Shown in pieces: positions 8,524 to 16,798 of a stretch of 32,000 bases of DNA. This stretch comes from Acaryochloris marina S15 (GTDB lineage Bacteria > Cyanobacteriota > Cyanobacteriia > Thermosynechococcales > Thermosynechococcaceae), in the NCBI RefSeq assembly GCF_018336915.1, contig NZ_CP064923.1, positions 1,200,001-1,232,000 on the forward strand, in the 5' to 3' direction. Each line of letters opens with the position of its first letter. Position 1 is the stretch's first letter. Position numbers and translations under genes: made by a program. The notes under the pieces are model-generated. The model was not told the DNA's origin and did no database searches. It saw nothing but the letters and a program-made list of their open reading frames with translations.

Positions 8524-8928
8524 TTATGCTGCATTTAGCACTTTTCTAGAGGTTTCCATCCAATTCACTAAGACTTCAAATTCTTTGTGAGCGAGTTGCT
8601 GATCGTGATGATCGCGTTCTTGAAAGGCAAACTCAAGATCTTCATGTTCAAATCTAACCTTGGTCGTGGTCCCCACTAAGCGCTCATAAAGCCACTGGCT
8701 ACAGATTTGCCAATTATCTCGATTAACTTCAATGTTTAGCAGACTACTGCTTCTATCTTCTTGAGAAAAGCATCCTACTTTGCCAGCCTGACTAGGCAAC
8801 TGAGCAGAGGTTACAACGGCATTCTGACGTTCCAGATCCATCGCTAGATGAGCCAGGAAATCGATCATTGTGTCATCTGTTGATTGATCATCTTGCACTG
8901 AAATCTGAAACTCGATTAAGTTAATCAT
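8524..8928 (-). CDS. Hypothetical acidic protein (orphan)
   Basis: 134-aa ORF and the only long ORF in the AT-rich segment. No motif recognised and no obvious SD. Confidence 0.45.
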   Translation of the reverse strand: MINLIEFQISVQDDQSTDDTMIDFLAHLAMDLERQNAVVTSAQLPSQAGKVGCFSQEDRSSSLLNIEVNRDNWQICSQWLYERLVGTTTKVRFEHEDLEFAFQERDHHDQQLAHKEFEVLVNWMETSRKVLNAA

Positions 8929-9501
8929 AAAATTTACTTCTGAGGATGTTTAAGGAGTATCTATAAATCGAGGCAGCAAGAGATGCTGATTGATTCTATT
9001 TTTTTGTCAATCTTATTGATCTGCTAAATCTGGCTCAATGAGAGTTGATGATGCTGTATCTAAATTTTCTGAACTACTGTCAGCAAGTTCAGGAAAACCT
9101 CTGTGCATCAGTATTTTTGTGTGTTCAACTTCAACAACGCTTCATCTCTATATCCTTAATCTAAGCAAGAAACATGAGATATCAATGATGTTTATCTGAG
9201 CAATTTATTAGAGTTTGCTGAGATTTTCGCGAGATTTATATAAGAAAAATGAGAATTATGTAGTGTTCAGAGAAAATAAATAATCAATATTTTAGAAGCT
9301 TGAATTTACGACGATTGGATTTTTCCTCAGAAGATTTTAGAAGCGCTTCTTGATATGGCCAAAATCTCATTCGTTTTGTAAATAGAAATTATGACAACAC
9401 TTTTTCAGCATCTTCACGAGAATGGACACTTCTCGGAACTAACCATTTCCTCCCCTCCAGTACATCACGAATTTGCGTCATTGATTACTGATGTTTGGTA
9501 G

Positions 9502-9559
9502 CAATCTGACCTTTAACCCTGCATAATAGGGAACGCAGTTTTGCAGGAACAAAAGCGAT
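9502..9559 (+). repeat. Right copy of the direct repeat, abutting the argG start codon
   Basis: caatctgacctttaaccctgcataataggg...aagcgat ends 1 nt before ATG 9561. The perfect core is at 9508-9526. It contains a 6-bp hairpin, CCTGCA 9518-9523 pairing with TGCAGG 9542-9547. Confidence 0.8.
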
Positions 9560-9560
9560 C

Positions 9561-10769
9561 ATGGGGCGCGCCAAAAAAGTTGTATTGGCTTATTCAGGGG
9601 GGGTTGATACCTCCGTGTGTATTCCGTATCTCAAGCATGAGTGGGGCGTTGAAGAAGTCATCACCCTTGCTGCTGATTTAGGCCAAGGGGATGAACTAGA
9701 ACCCATTCGCCAGAAAGCATTAGATGCTGGTGCTGCTCAATCGTTGATTGCTGATGCCACCCAAAGCTTTATTGCCGACTATGCCTTTCCCGGCATTCAG
9801 GCTAATGCTCTCTACGAAAATCGATATCCTCTATCGACTGCACTAGCCCGACCCTTAATTGCCAAACTGCTGGTGGAAGCTGCTGAGGCCCACGGAGCCG
9901 ATGCTGTTGCCCATGGCTGTACGGGCAAAGGCAATGATCAGGTGCGGTTTGATGTGTCTATTACTGCTCTTAATCCCGACATCAAAGTTTTAGCTCCTGC
10001 CCGCGAATGGGGCATGAGTCGGGAAGAAACCATTGCCTACGGGGAAAAGTATGGGGTGCAGTCCCCCGTCAAGAAATCCTCTCCCTACAGCATTGATCGC
10101 AACTTATTGGGGCGAAGCGTGGAAGCAGGCCCCTTGGAAGATCCCTGGGTGGAGCCTTTGGAAGAGGTTTATGATCTAACCAAGGCGATTGTTGATACCC
10201 CCGATCAGCCTGAGTATATTGATATTGACTTCGCTCAGGGCATTCCCACCCAGCTCAATGGACAAGCCCTCAGTCCTGTAGCCCTAGTCGAACAGCTTAA
10301 TCAAGTGGTGGGCAATCATGGGGTAGGCCGCATTGATATGGTGGAAAATCGCTTGGTCGGCATTAAGTCCCGCGAAATTTATGAAGCCCCCGCCTTATTG
10401 GTGTTGATCCAGGCTCACCGAGAATTAGAGAGCCTTGCCCTGACGGCAGATGTGACCCAGTACAAGCGAGGGATTGAAGAAACCTATAGCCAACTGGTCT
10501 ATAACGGCCTCTGGTATAGTCCCCTCAAAGATGCCCTGGATGCCTTTATTCAGCAAACTCAAAAACAGGTTACAGGTACGGTACGGGTCAAGCTATTTAA
10601 GGGATCTGCAATGGTAGTGGGACGACAATCACCTCACTCTCTATATACACCTGACTTGGCGACCTATGGGTCTCAAGATACCTTTGATCACAAGGCTGCG
10701 GAAGGGTTTATCTATGTTTGGGGACTTCCCACACGAGTTTGGTCACAGCAGCAGCGGTCTGGCAGTTAA
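9561..10769 (+). CDS. argG: Argininosuccinate synthase
   Basis: N-terminal [18 protein letters not shown] (ATP PPi-loop SGGxDTS) and the full-length 402-aa type I ArgG pattern (...[14 protein letters not shown]..., ...[14 protein letters not shown]...). Confidence 0.98.
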   Translation: MGRAKKVVLAYSGGVDTSVCIPYLKHEWGVEEVITLAADLGQGDELEPIRQKALDAGAAQSLIADATQSFIADYAFPGIQANALYENRYPLSTALARPLIAKLLVEAAEAHGADAVAHGCTGKGNDQVRFDVSITALNPDIKVLAPAREWGMSREETIAYGEKYGVQSPVKKSSPYSIDRNLLGRSVEAGPLEDPWVEPLEEVYDLTKAIVDTPDQPEYIDIDFAQGIPTQLNGQALSPVALVEQLNQVVGNHGVGRIDMVENRLVGIKSREIYEAPALLVLIQAHRELESLALTADVTQYKRGIEETYSQLVYNGLWYSPLKDALDAFIQQTQKQVTGTVRVKLFKGSAMVVGRQSPHSLYTPDLATYGSQDTFDHKAAEGFIYVWGLPTRVWSQQQRSGS

Positions 10770-10971
10770 AACGGTTGATTCGTTTTATCGTCCAAAAATT
10801 AGGCAATCAGGACTTTCTGGGTTTTATCGGGATGGCCAGTGCCACAATCTCCATCGCCAAAGTAGTATGTTGTTGGTGGTTTATCGCCCATTACTCGTTT
10901 AGCGATGAGACAGTATGATTGATATCCTCCAAACCCTGCCTTTTGATCACCATCGCAGCAGTAAAGTTTAG

Positions 10972-11775
10972 GTGTTTGTGAAATCCTTACTGGCCTGGAC
11001 GGGATTCAATATTTGGAGCCGTCGCTTGCTCGCAGCCATCTTTTTAGGCGGGCAGGTAATCGTCCACTTACTCAGAGGCAAAATTCATCGCCGCAATACC
11101 ATTGAGCAGATGGCGATTGTCGGACCGGAGTCTTTGCTGGTTGCCCTATTGACCGCTAGCTTTGTGGGTATGGTGTTTACCATTCAAGTCGCTGGAGAGT
11201 TTATTGCCTTTGGCCTAGTGCAAACCGTGGGGGGAGTGTTGGCCCTTGCTCTTACCCGAGAATTGGCCCCGGTGCTGACAGCCGTAATTATTACAGGGCG
11301 GGTTTGCTCTGCTTTTGCCGCTGAAATTGGCACGATGCGTGTCACGGAACAAATCGATGCCCTACAAATGCTGGATACTGATCCGGTTGATTTTTTAGTG
11401 GTACCTCGGCTCTTGGCCTGTACCTTGATGCTACCGATTTTGACCCTGATTTCTTTAGTGGCGGGGGTGACTGGTGGCATGGTAGTGGCATCTGTTCTCT
11501 ATGGCATTCCCTATAGTGTCTTCTTAGATTCAGTCCATAGCTTTTTGGGGGTCTGGGATATTTGGAACTCCATGATTAAAGCTGTTATTTTTGGCGGGAT
11601 TATTGCCATCGTTGGATCTAGTTGGGGGTTAACGACCTATGGGGGAGCAAAAGGGGTGGGACAATCCACCACAGCTGCGGTGGTGACGGCCCTTGTGATG
11701 GTGTTTATGACCAACTTTTTCTTGTCTTGGGTGATGTTCCAAGGGTCAGGTGGAACTGCTCTACAAAACTTGTGA
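10972..11775 (+). CDS. MlaE-family ABC transporter permease (lipid-transport type, TGD1/Ttg2B-like)
   Basis: 267-aa polytopic protein with the MlaE-type core ...LTRELAPVLTAVIITGRVCSAFAAEIGTMRVTEQIDALQMLDTDPVDFLVVPRLLA.... GTG start at 10972 (GTG 10978 is an alternative). Confidence 0.85.
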   Translation: MFVKSLLAWTGFNIWSRRLLAAIFLGGQVIVHLLRGKIHRRNTIEQMAIVGPESLLVALLTASFVGMVFTIQVAGEFIAFGLVQTVGGVLALALTRELAPVLTAVIITGRVCSAFAAEIGTMRVTEQIDALQMLDTDPVDFLVVPRLLACTLMLPILTLISLVAGVTGGMVVASVLYGIPYSVFLDSVHSFLGVWDIWNSMIKAVIFGGIIAIVGSSWGLTTYGGAKGVGQSTTAAVVTALVMVFMTNFFLSWVMFQGSGGTALQNL

Positions 11776-11825
11776 AGCAGAACCCCTTAGAATGGAAAAC
11801 AGTTTGCTCACCCTATGAACGTGCA

Positions 11826-12212
11826 ATGGCTGTTTCTCAGGTTTCTAATACACAATCGACGGTCGTTTTGACGCCCCGCTATTGGGTGCCGATCGGAGTT
11901 GCGATCGCAGGTACAATCCTAACCTTCCTCACCCCCTGGGCTGGTGTTCCTATCATCCTATTAGGTTGTTTTCTGGGTTTTCAGGCCGCCACTGTGAAAG
12001 TCCAATTTACAGCCACAGCTTTTGAGCTGTACCGAGGCGAAAAACAGCTGCGCCAGTTTCCCTTTGCCGAGTGGCAAGACTGGCTGATTTTGGTTCCCCC
12101 CATTCCTATCTTGTTCTTTTTTAAAGAGGTCAAGAGTATTCACTTCATGCCTATGCTCTTTGATGCCCGAGCGCTATTGACCTGTCTAGAAGAGCGATGC
12201 CCCAGATCTTAA
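11826..12212 (+). CDS. Small conserved membrane protein (DUF3119-like, from memory)
   Basis: ATG at 11826 (MAVSQVSNTQ...), two TM helices, then FTATAFELYRGEKQLRQFPFAEWQDW. The upstream part of the 196-aa ORF overlaps the mlaE-like gene and is taken as non-coding. Confidence 0.62.
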   Translation: MAVSQVSNTQSTVVLTPRYWVPIGVAIAGTILTFLTPWAGVPIILLGCFLGFQAATVKVQFTATAFELYRGEKQLRQFPFAEWQDWLILVPPIPILFFFKEVKSIHFMPMLFDARALLTCLEERCPRS

Positions 12213-12259
12213 GGTATCCTGCTCAACGACCATTATTTTACTGATTCAAGTGGATTAAC

Positions 12260-13351
12260 GTGACTGATTCTTCCGGTATCGCCAACAACACCCCTTCTGT
12301 AGAACAACTTCAAAAAGACGCTCAGACCCTCCGGGCGGAAATCGCTGAACTGCGGGGAACGAAAGCCAAGCTCCTCGAACAGCAGCTCTCAGCGACCCAA
12401 ACAGCCCTAGAACGATTTGCCAACGACCACCTCAAAACATTAGAAGAGCGGAAGCAAACCCTCCAAATTGCGGTTGATCAGCTAGAGCGTCGCCAAGAAC
12501 GGGTCCAGGCGGAAATGCGCCAAAGTTTTGCGGGAGTGTCTCAAGATTTAGCGATTCGGATCCACGGCTTTCATGACTATCTCGTGACCAGTTTGCAAGA
12601 TCTGGTGATCGCAGCCGAAAAACTAGAGCTGGCCCCCAAGGAAGCACCCAAACCAAAAGCACCGGCTCAAGCACCGCCTGCTCCTCGCCCTGAACCAGCA
12701 GCAGAACAGCGCCCGCCGCGGTCTGCTCCTCCTCGACAGTCCCGCCCGCCTCAACAGCGGTCTGCTCCTCCTCAACGGTCTGGCCCTCAATTTGCGACTC
12801 AGGAATTTGCGGACGAAACGCGGCAGATTCGCCAGATTCTGGATCAATACCGCACCAATCCCAATTACTACGGTCCCCCTTGGCAGTTGCGCCGGACCTT
12901 TGAGCCCATTCATGCAGAGCGGGTAGCCAGCTGGTTTTTTACCTTTGGAGGCCGCGGGGCCTTGCGGACCTTAAGTAGCCGTCTGCAAAATATTTTGGTG
13001 GCCTCTGCTACGATCTCGATTTTGCGCCAGCTGTATGGCAACGGCGTCCGCACCTTGATTCTGGCGAATTCCCCTGAACGACTAGGAGATTGGCGACGGG
13101 GTCTACAGGACTGTTTGGGCATTGATCGGTCTGATTTTGGTCCAGAGCGAGGTTTGGTTTTGTTTGAATCTCCTGATGCCCTGGCTCAAAAAGCGGATCG
13201 GCTCGTCAAGGAACAACAGCTACCCTTAATTTTGATTGATGATGCGGAAGAGGAAGTCAGTTTATCGATTCTGCAATTTCCTCTCTGGTTAGCCTTTGCG
13301 CCAGAACCGCAGCTTCGCAAAGAACGAGCCACGTTCGATTGGTTTGAATAG
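12260..13351 (+). CDS. Hypothetical protein: N-terminal coiled coil, Pro/Arg/Gln-rich linker, conserved-looking C-terminal domain
   Basis: 363-aa ORF with a GTG start. It has heptad-like AEIAELRGTKAKLLEQQLSATQTALERF, then KEAPKPKAPAQAPPAPRPEPAAEQRPPRSAPPRQSRPPQQRSAPPQRSGPQ, then a globular C-terminus. It resembles cyanobacterial DUF3086-type proteins (from memory, unverified). Confidence 0.7.
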   Translation: MTDSSGIANNTPSVEQLQKDAQTLRAEIAELRGTKAKLLEQQLSATQTALERFANDHLKTLEERKQTLQIAVDQLERRQERVQAEMRQSFAGVSQDLAIRIHGFHDYLVTSLQDLVIAAEKLELAPKEAPKPKAPAQAPPAPRPEPAAEQRPPRSAPPRQSRPPQQRSAPPQRSGPQFATQEFADETRQIRQILDQYRTNPNYYGPPWQLRRTFEPIHAERVASWFFTFGGRGALRTLSSRLQNILVASATISILRQLYGNGVRTLILANSPERLGDWRRGLQDCLGIDRSDFGPERGLVLFESPDALAQKADRLVKEQQLPLILIDDAEEEVSLSILQFPLWLAFAPEPQLRKERATFDWFE

Positions 13352-13504
13352 AGATCCTGAATAATTCGCTGTGGTGGGAAAAAGACCGCTAGACTAAGCA
13401 AGGAATTGAGTGATCACACAAGGGTTTAACCTGACATTTCTTTAGACAAGATCGGGGACTTTATCTGCATTAAAGATATTTAGGTGTCTAGGAGGTATTA
13501 GGAG

Positions 13505-14533
13505 TTGGGTCCGTTAAATCATCTATCCCACGGCATTGGCATTGATTTGGGCACTGCAAACACCCTCATCTTTCTCAGCGATCAAGGTATTGTACTGCGA
13601 GAACCCTCTGTGGTTGCTCTCGATCACACCAATCGAACTTTGCTGGCGATTGGCAGCGAGGCTGAAGCGATGATGCGCCGCAATCCCGCTAGCATTGATG
13701 TCAATCGTCCCCTTTCAGATGGGGTGATTGTAGGGTTTGATACGGCTCGGTTGATGCTCAAGCATTTTATTCAACAGGTACAGAAGGGACAAACCTTGCT
13801 GTACCCTCGGGTGATTATTAGTAGTCCTGTTGGATCCACCAGTATTGAAAAGCGGGCCTTGTCAGAAGTCGCTGCTCAAGCGGGTGCTCGGGAAGTGTAC
13901 CTGATTGATGAACCCGTTGCTGCGGCTATCGGTGCCGATTTGCCTGTGGAAGAACCCATTGGCAATATGGTGGTGGATATTGGCGGCGGCACTACGGAAA
14001 TTGCCATTGTGAGCTACATGGGAACAGTAGTAACGGAATCGCTGCGGGTAGCAGGCAACAAGTTTGACGATATTATTTGTCGCCATGTCAAAAAGAACCA
14101 TGATCTGTTGATCGGAGAAAGAACGGCTGAAACCGTGAAGATGAAGATTGGCACGGTCTATCCCAATCCTGAATATGATGAGACAACTTTAGAGGTCTCT
14201 GGTTTGCGGTTATTGTCGGGGTTACCCGGCAGTGTGGTTTTGCAGGGAGCGGAAATTCGGGAGGCGTTATCGGAGTCTCTGGCCCGCATTATTTCTGCCA
14301 TTAAACGAGTCCTAGAAAAGATCCCCCCGGAGTTGGCGGCAGACCTGATTGATCGAGGCATTGTGATTACGGGTGGTGGAGCGAAACTGAGAGGACTGGA
14401 TGCGCTGATCAGCTATGAGACGGGCTTAGTGGTCCATGTTCCGCCTGATCCTCTCAGTTGTGTAGCCTTAGGTACGGGTAAGGTTTTGGAAAATTTCAAA
14501 ACCTTAGAACGGGTGTTGCAAAAACGTCTCTAA
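13505..14533 (+). CDS. mreB: Rod-shape-determining actin homologue MreB
   Basis: GIDLGTANTLIF (phosphate 1), MVVDIGGGTTEIAIVS (phosphate 2) and GIVITGGGAKLRGLD (adenosine motif). TTG start at 13505, 9 nt downstream of GGAGG (13491-13495). Confidence 0.93.
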   Translation: MGPLNHLSHGIGIDLGTANTLIFLSDQGIVLREPSVVALDHTNRTLLAIGSEAEAMMRRNPASIDVNRPLSDGVIVGFDTARLMLKHFIQQVQKGQTLLYPRVIISSPVGSTSIEKRALSEVAAQAGAREVYLIDEPVAAAIGADLPVEEPIGNMVVDIGGGTTEIAIVSYMGTVVTESLRVAGNKFDDIICRHVKKNHDLLIGERTAETVKMKIGTVYPNPEYDETTLEVSGLRLLSGLPGSVVLQGAEIREALSESLARIISAIKRVLEKIPPELAADLIDRGIVITGGGAKLRGLDALISYETGLVVHVPPDPLSCVALGTGKVLENFKTLERVLQKRL

Positions 14534-14603
14534 GCCCTGTAGCCTTAGCTGCTAGACGTGGAACAATAGGGATTAAGTGCGCGTTTAGGACGTTTGGTTT
14601 CCC

Positions 14604-15281
14604 ATGGCTATCTGGCTACTTTGTAACGGTGTATTGTTAATCGTTGCCTACTTTTTAGGTTCTTTTCCCACGGGCTATTTGCTGGGGAAGGCTCTCCAAG
14701 GTATCGATATTCGTGAGTATGGATCGAAATCCACAGGAGCCACGAATGTTTTGAGGACGTTAGGCAAGGGACCAGGCTTAGCCACGTTAGCGGTTGATAT
14801 CTGCAAAGGAGCGGGAGCTGTGGCACTCATACGCTGGGCCTATGGGAATCCTACGTTTTTGACTCAAGCCCCAGAGGCGACCAATCTTGGCCTCTGGCTG
14901 TCACTATTCGTGATTATGGCTGGGCTGATGGCGATTTTGGGCCATAGTAAATCTATCTGGCTGAACTTTTCGGGTGGTAAGTCAGTGGCGACTGGGTTAG
15001 GGGTGCTATTGGTGATGAGCTGGACGGTGGGTCTGGCAGCTTTGGGGATTTTTGCTTTGGTGGTATCCCTGTCACGGATTGTATCGCTGAGTTCTATTAG
15101 TGCAGCAGTTGCTCTACCGGTCCTGATGTTTGTCGCCAAAGAACCCTTGGCCTATGTGCTTTTTGGTATCACGGCAGGTGTCTATGTGATATGGCGGCAT
15201 TGGGCAAATATCCAACGCTTATTAGCAGGGACTGAACCCCGTTTAGGTCAGAAAAAAGCAGTGTCTACTGATGCTACATAA
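14604..15281 (+). CDS. plsY: Glycerol-3-phosphate acyltransferase PlsY
   Basis: YFLGSFPTGYLLGKALQGIDIREYGSKSTGATNVLRTLG and HSKSIWLNFSGGKSVATGLG are the conserved PlsY motifs. 225-aa polytopic protein. Confidence 0.95.
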   Translation: MAIWLLCNGVLLIVAYFLGSFPTGYLLGKALQGIDIREYGSKSTGATNVLRTLGKGPGLATLAVDICKGAGAVALIRWAYGNPTFLTQAPEATNLGLWLSLFVIMAGLMAILGHSKSIWLNFSGGKSVATGLGVLLVMSWTVGLAALGIFALVVSLSRIVSLSSISAAVALPVLMFVAKEPLAYVLFGITAGVYVIWRHWANIQRLLAGTEPRLGQKKAVSTDAT

Positions 15282-15446
15282 CCTGAAACTCCTAAACTTG
15301 ATGGTCTTGTTAATTCTCATCTGTTAGATAGTTCTTCAATAGCAATCTTATAGGCTAATGAATAACGACAATCGAATTATGTTATTGATTAACGCGTTTG
15401 ATTAATTCTCGCTTTCCTGATTTAGTCCTATTGGTCAGTTTTATAT

Positions 15447-16094
15447 ATGGATGAAGAGTCCAAACAACAACTGGAAATGCATGTTTCTGGGGCGACAGTG
15501 GTTCATGCTGGACCTTACTCTAATCTTGAAATTCCGGTTGTAATGTCCAATCCAGATCAAAATTTTTTCGAAATGTGGATTAATCCATTTTGTCTGACCA
15601 ACATCAATAATAGGTTCGAAGAATTTCAACAGTCCTATTCAACAATACGTAGTCAGATCGATCCTATTCTCATTAGTAAGCTTCTCACATACTTCAATTG
15701 GCGTTCGCGCAAAGTAGGCTCATACTTCGCAGCTATTGAAAACTCAAAGAGGCATTGCCAGCATATCGGCAGATTACTCCTACGTTCCGATGTCTGTTAC
15801 GCAGGTCAGGCCCATGCACTTGCTCTTGCACGATTCAATACAGACAATTCAATTTCATATTTGTGTAACTATCTGAACCATTATCTGCAACATCCAGAAC
15901 TTCAATTCGATCAAGGTGCGGTTTTTGGAGCTGTTGTCTACTTAGATACCAAAAACGGCACGAACATAGCAGATAAGTACATCGATCAGTGGGACAAATT
16001 TTCAAGGGATAACTCAGAATTAAAAATGAATTGTATAGATGGTGTGAATAGACTGATGGGATCTATTAGGGATTTGTCAAGTCATCCTATGTAA
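15447..16094 (+). CDS. Hypothetical protein (orphan, in AT-rich islet)
   Basis: 215-aa ORF with AT-rich codon usage unlike its neighbours. The helical-looking core is LLTYFNWRSRKVGSYFAAIE...IGRLLLRSDVCYAGQAHALALARF. No family confidently recognised. Confidence 0.5.
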   Translation: MDEESKQQLEMHVSGATVVHAGPYSNLEIPVVMSNPDQNFFEMWINPFCLTNINNRFEEFQQSYSTIRSQIDPILISKLLTYFNWRSRKVGSYFAAIENSKRHCQHIGRLLLRSDVCYAGQAHALALARFNTDNSISYLCNYLNHYLQHPELQFDQGAVFGAVVYLDTKNGTNIADKYIDQWDKFSRDNSELKMNCIDGVNRLMGSIRDLSSHPM

Positions 16095-16247
16095 GATTCG
16101 GCTCATCTTAGAGTAAAATCGATTCACATCAACAATTATGAAAATTCCTTCTCTTTGCTTGTCTAATAAAGTGTATCTATCGTAAAAAAATTTTCTTTTT
16201 CCTCCAAAACTTCTCCAGAGTTCAGTATTAGTTTTTCGGTTTGAAGC

Positions 16248-16532
16248 ATGGATTTTAATGTCTGGTATAGTCAGTTCATTGAGACTGGGTCCATCAAACC
16301 ACTACACTTTGGTATGTCTAGAAGAGAGCTTGAGGAAATTTTAGGCCCACCAGATGACAAAGGAGGAACTTCTAGAAAACATAGAACTCCTTCAATTTAT
16401 AAGTATAGGGATTTGGAATTCTTTTTTGAACATTGGCAACAGGGTGGTTTGAGAGCTCTTTATCGAGAAGATAGTACTGGTCATTGTGACTTGCATATCT
16501 GTCAAGACGATAGACAAGACAAACTAATGTGA
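16248..16532 (+). CDS. Hypothetical small protein (orphan; immunity-protein-like motif)
   Basis: 94-aa ORF. LHFGMSRRELEEILGPPDDKGG is a motif style common in small immunity or SUKH-like proteins (weak inference). Confidence 0.45.
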   Translation: MDFNVWYSQFIETGSIKPLHFGMSRRELEEILGPPDDKGGTSRKHRTPSIYKYRDLEFFFEHWQQGGLRALYREDSTGHCDLHICQDDRQDKLM

Positions 16533-16798
16533 AAGATGAAATTTTAGTCTGGATGAATTTGTATAAAGTCTTAGATATTGTATTTAGGTAACCCCCATTC
16601 GGGTTAATGACAGAGTTGCAAGAGATCGCAGATTTCTCATCAAACGCTGGATACCCATTATCATTGCAAAAGAAGATTAATCGCGATTAACCCACATCTG
16701 ATGAATTCTTTCGCGCTGAGACAGGCAACTATCAAGCCCTCATAAGGTTGGGCTTAGCATCACTGGCCGTTAGTCAGAAACTTTAGCCAGAGTCCTTC

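Noticed and set aside
9391-9501. 36-codon plus-strand ORF ending exactly where the right-hand direct repeat begins (MTTLFQHLHENGHFSELTISSPPVHHEFASLITDVW)
   Set aside because: No RBS and no known motif, and I cannot tell it from a chance ORF. It is noted only because of its position next to the repeat.
10799-10891. 30-codon minus-strand ORF in the argG/mlaE spacer (MGDKPPTTYYFGDGDCGTGHPDKTQKVLIA). Its CGTGH pentapeptide also occurs in the metalloprotease Cys cluster
   Set aside because: It has no RBS and is very short, and the five-residue match is easily due to chance. The plus-strand ORFs 10666-10902 and 10718-10918 in the same spacer also look spurious.
11622-11825. 5' extension of the 196-aa ORF overlapping the end of the mlaE-like gene
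   Set aside because: The extension overlaps 154 nt of a well-supported gene in another frame and translates to a Gly/Cys-rich non-membrane peptide. The ATG at 11826 gives a sensible small membrane protein.
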